The notes under the pieces were generated by a model. The model saw only the letters and a program-made list of their open reading frames with translations. It made no database searches and had not been told where the DNA came from. The position numbers and the translations under genes were made by a program. This document shows, in pieces, positions 61,938 to 64,000 of a DNA stretch of 64,000 bases (position 1 is its first letter; each line of letters starts with the position of its first letter). The DNA is from Microcystaceae cyanobacterium. GTDB lineage: Bacteria; Cyanobacteriota; Cyanobacteriia; Cyanobacteriales; Microcystaceae. The DNA lies in NCBI GenBank assembly GCA_041746575.1, contig JBGTGT010000011.1, positions 64,001-128,000 of the forward strand. The letters are read 5' to 3'.

Positions 61938-63089
61938 ATGGCAACGAGGAATAAACTTTTGATAGACCCCCGCTCTTACTGGTTAGCATGGTCAAAAATC
62001 CCTAAAATTGGACCTGTTTTACTCAAACGCCTTTGGCAACACTTCGGCACGTTACAGCAAGCGTGGCACGCCTCTGCTGACGCATTGAATGAAGTCGAAG
62101 GTGTTGGGGGGAAGTTAGTTGAAATTATCGTTAAAGAGCGATCTCATCTCGATCCTGCGCAATTATTAACTGAACATTGGCAAAAAAATCCAAATTTCTG
62201 GACTCCTAGTGATCAAGATTATCCTCAGTTACTCTTAGAGATTCCTAGTCCGCCACCTTTGTTATATTATCGGGGGAGGGTGGATTTAGGGGAAAATCAG
62301 GGGATCACGCCTTTGGTGGGAATTGTGGGTACACGCAGTCCGACAGATCATGGACGACGCTGGACATGGAATATTAGTTCTGCACTGGCTAAACGGGGGT
62401 TTACAATTGTTTCTGGTTTAGCGTTGGGAATTGATCGGATCGCTCATGAAGCCTGTCTGAAATCAGGAGGGCGCACTATTGCTGTATTAGGCACGGGGGT
62501 AGATGTAATTTATCCATCAAATCATCGTCCATTGTATGAAGCGATTCAAGAAAAGGGAATCATTTTGAGTGAGTATCCGTCGGGATCTCCGCCTGATAAG
62601 ACAAAATTTCCGGCCAGAAATCGCATTATTGCAGGTTTATGCCGAGCAATCTTAGTGATGGAAGCTCCTATGCAGTCTGGTGCCTTGATTACGGCGCGTT
62701 ATGCGAATGAATTTGGCCGAGATATTTACACGTTACCCAATTCGCCAGATGTGGTGGAGGCAGAGGGATGTTTACGGTTAATTCATCAAGGTGCGGAAAT
62801 GATTATTAAAGAAGAAGAATTATTGGAGATGTTAGGGGCAATTCCTCAGTTAGATCAACCTCAACAAGTATCGTTGTTATCGGAAACAAAAGCGGTAGTT
62901 GAGGTTAATTTAGATTTAGATCCCAAATTAATTCAAGTTTTACAGAGAATTTCTGCTCAACCGACGCTATTTGATACCATTGTCAGTCAAAGCCAATTGC
63001 CGGCTTCTGAGGTATCAGGCTTATTATTACAATTGGAATTGGAGGGATATATTATGCAGTTACCGGGGATGCGATATCAACGAAAATAA
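61938..63089 (+). CDS. dprA: DNA processing protein DprA
   Basis: IVGTR, VSGLALGID, FPARNRII, SGALITA, C-terminal LLQLEL.G. Confidence 0.95.
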   Translation: MATRNKLLIDPRSYWLAWSKIPKIGPVLLKRLWQHFGTLQQAWHASADALNEVEGVGGKLVEIIVKERSHLDPAQLLTEHWQKNPNFWTPSDQDYPQLLLEIPSPPPLLYYRGRVDLGENQGITPLVGIVGTRSPTDHGRRWTWNISSALAKRGFTIVSGLALGIDRIAHEACLKSGGRTIAVLGTGVDVIYPSNHRPLYEAIQEKGIILSEYPSGSPPDKTKFPARNRIIAGLCRAILVMEAPMQSGALITARYANEFGRDIYTLPNSPDVVEAEGCLRLIHQGAEMIIKEEELLEMLGAIPQLDQPQQVSLLSETKAVVEVNLDLDPKLIQVLQRISAQPTLFDTIVSQSQLPASEVSGLLLQLELEGYIMQLPGMRYQRK

Positions 63090-63213
63090 TAGGAATGATC
63101 AATTTTGTAGCGTTTTATAATGAAGGCGATCGCTTTTTTCATTCTTCAACTCGCCATTTACCGATCCCCCGACTAAGATAAAATTGAACTTAAGATGAGT
63201 GTAGGTTAAGTGA

Positions 63214-63558
63214 ATGACCGATAATAACAAAAGTGGTGTCTTTGTCGTCGGAATGATCGTCGGTAGTTTAGTGGGTGCGGCGACGGGATTGTTAGTTGCG
63301 CCGAGATCAGGCCAAGAAACTCGTAAAATTTTACGAAAATCTGCGGAAGCATTGCCAGAAATGGCTGAAGATGTCTCAGCAACAGTACAGATTCAAACAG
63401 ATCGTCTGTCAGCATCTGCGCTCAAAAATTGGCATGAAACCCTGACTCGTCTTAAAGAAGCGATCGCCACTGGAGTAGAAGTGAGCCAACAACAAGCGCA
63501 ACATCTTCAGTCTAGCAATGATAGGATCTCAGAGGGACAGGAATCTGATTTAAGTTAG
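63214..63558 (+). CDS. YtxH domain protein
   Basis: G..VGAATGLLVAPRSG.ETR. Confidence 0.85.
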   Translation: MTDNNKSGVFVVGMIVGSLVGAATGLLVAPRSGQETRKILRKSAEALPEMAEDVSATVQIQTDRLSASALKNWHETLTRLKEAIATGVEVSQQQAQHLQSSNDRISEGQESDLS

Positions 63559-63569
63559 GATAAAATAAC

Positions 63570-63974
63570 GTGACTGAACCCCTTTTTTGGTTAGGACTTT
63601 CATTATGTTTAGTGGCTGTGAGTTTAACGGCGGTATTAATTGTCGCTTTACCTGCTTTGCAAGAATTAGCAAGAGCCGCTCGCAGTGCAGAAAAACTCTT
63701 TGATACCCTCAGGCAGGAATTTCCCCCCACCTTAGAAGCCATTCGTTTGACAGGATTAGACATTAGTGAATTAAGCAATCATTTAGATCAAAGTGTTCAA
63801 CAAGCAACAGGAGTAGTGAAACAGGTGGATCAAAGTTTAACAGGTGCAAAACATCAGATTCAACAAGCACAAATCGGCAGTAAAAGCGTTTTGGCGGGAG
63901 TGAAAGCGGCGTGGAAAGTATGGCGTCGTCCTACGGTTAATTCCCCTCAACAGACGGATTATAATAAAGATTAA
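63570..63974 (+). CDS. DUF948-like membrane-anchored protein
   Basis: TM then PALQELARAARSAEKLFDTL..E.PPTLE.IRLTG; usual partner of YtxH. Confidence 0.8.
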   Translation: MTEPLFWLGLSLCLVAVSLTAVLIVALPALQELARAARSAEKLFDTLRQEFPPTLEAIRLTGLDISELSNHLDQSVQQATGVVKQVDQSLTGAKHQIQQAQIGSKSVLAGVKAAWKVWRRPTVNSPQQTDYNKD

Positions 63975-64000
63975 ATAGGGTTAGTCATTCAATAAAATTA

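Larger units (their letters stand above)
2763..63467. repeat. HIP1 octamer GCGATCGC, dispersed
   Basis: At least 26 copies counted by eye (e.g. 2763, 4129, 8372, 13749, 22875, 44391, 63126), far above chance at this GC content. Confidence 0.9.

Noticed and set aside
1..64000. CRISPR array, tRNA or rRNA genes
   Set aside because: No regularly spaced repeat-spacer series or recognisable structural RNA gene was seen by eye; a covariance search was not possible

Overview
A 64-kb chromosomal segment from a unicellular (Chroococcales-like) beta-cyanobacterium. The evidence is apcD, ndhN, rpaA, ho1, class III phaEC, PEP-CTERM proteins, low GC and at least 26 HIP1 octamers (GCGATCGC) counted by eye. 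Most genes are housekeeping (sir, bamA, purC, rbgA, prfB with its programmed +1 frameshift, ybeY, dgkA, msrP, plmA, SOD, menA, gcvP, NDH-2, dprA). Features that stand out: (i) a decayed vanadium-dependent haloperoxidase gene split by a TnpB-only IS200/IS605 element with an apparently intact nuclease and a damaged left end; (ii) a five-gene iron-uptake cluster with Fur-like boxes (futA, orphan feoA, two-domain multicopper oxidase, His/Glu-rich lipoprotein, SLH porin) and no permease, which is the best candidate for an under-described system; (iii) a probable type 2 McdAB carboxysome-positioning pair; (iv) a CHAD (polyphosphate-binding) gene divergent from phaEC with Pho-box-like repeats between them; (v) a sulfotransferase-GtrA pair; (vi) a dppB-like pseudogene, a 111-bp exact duplication in bamA, and several candidate regulatory sites and sRNAs. 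I saw no rRNA, tRNA or CRISPR array. All product calls come from motif recognition; no database searches were run.
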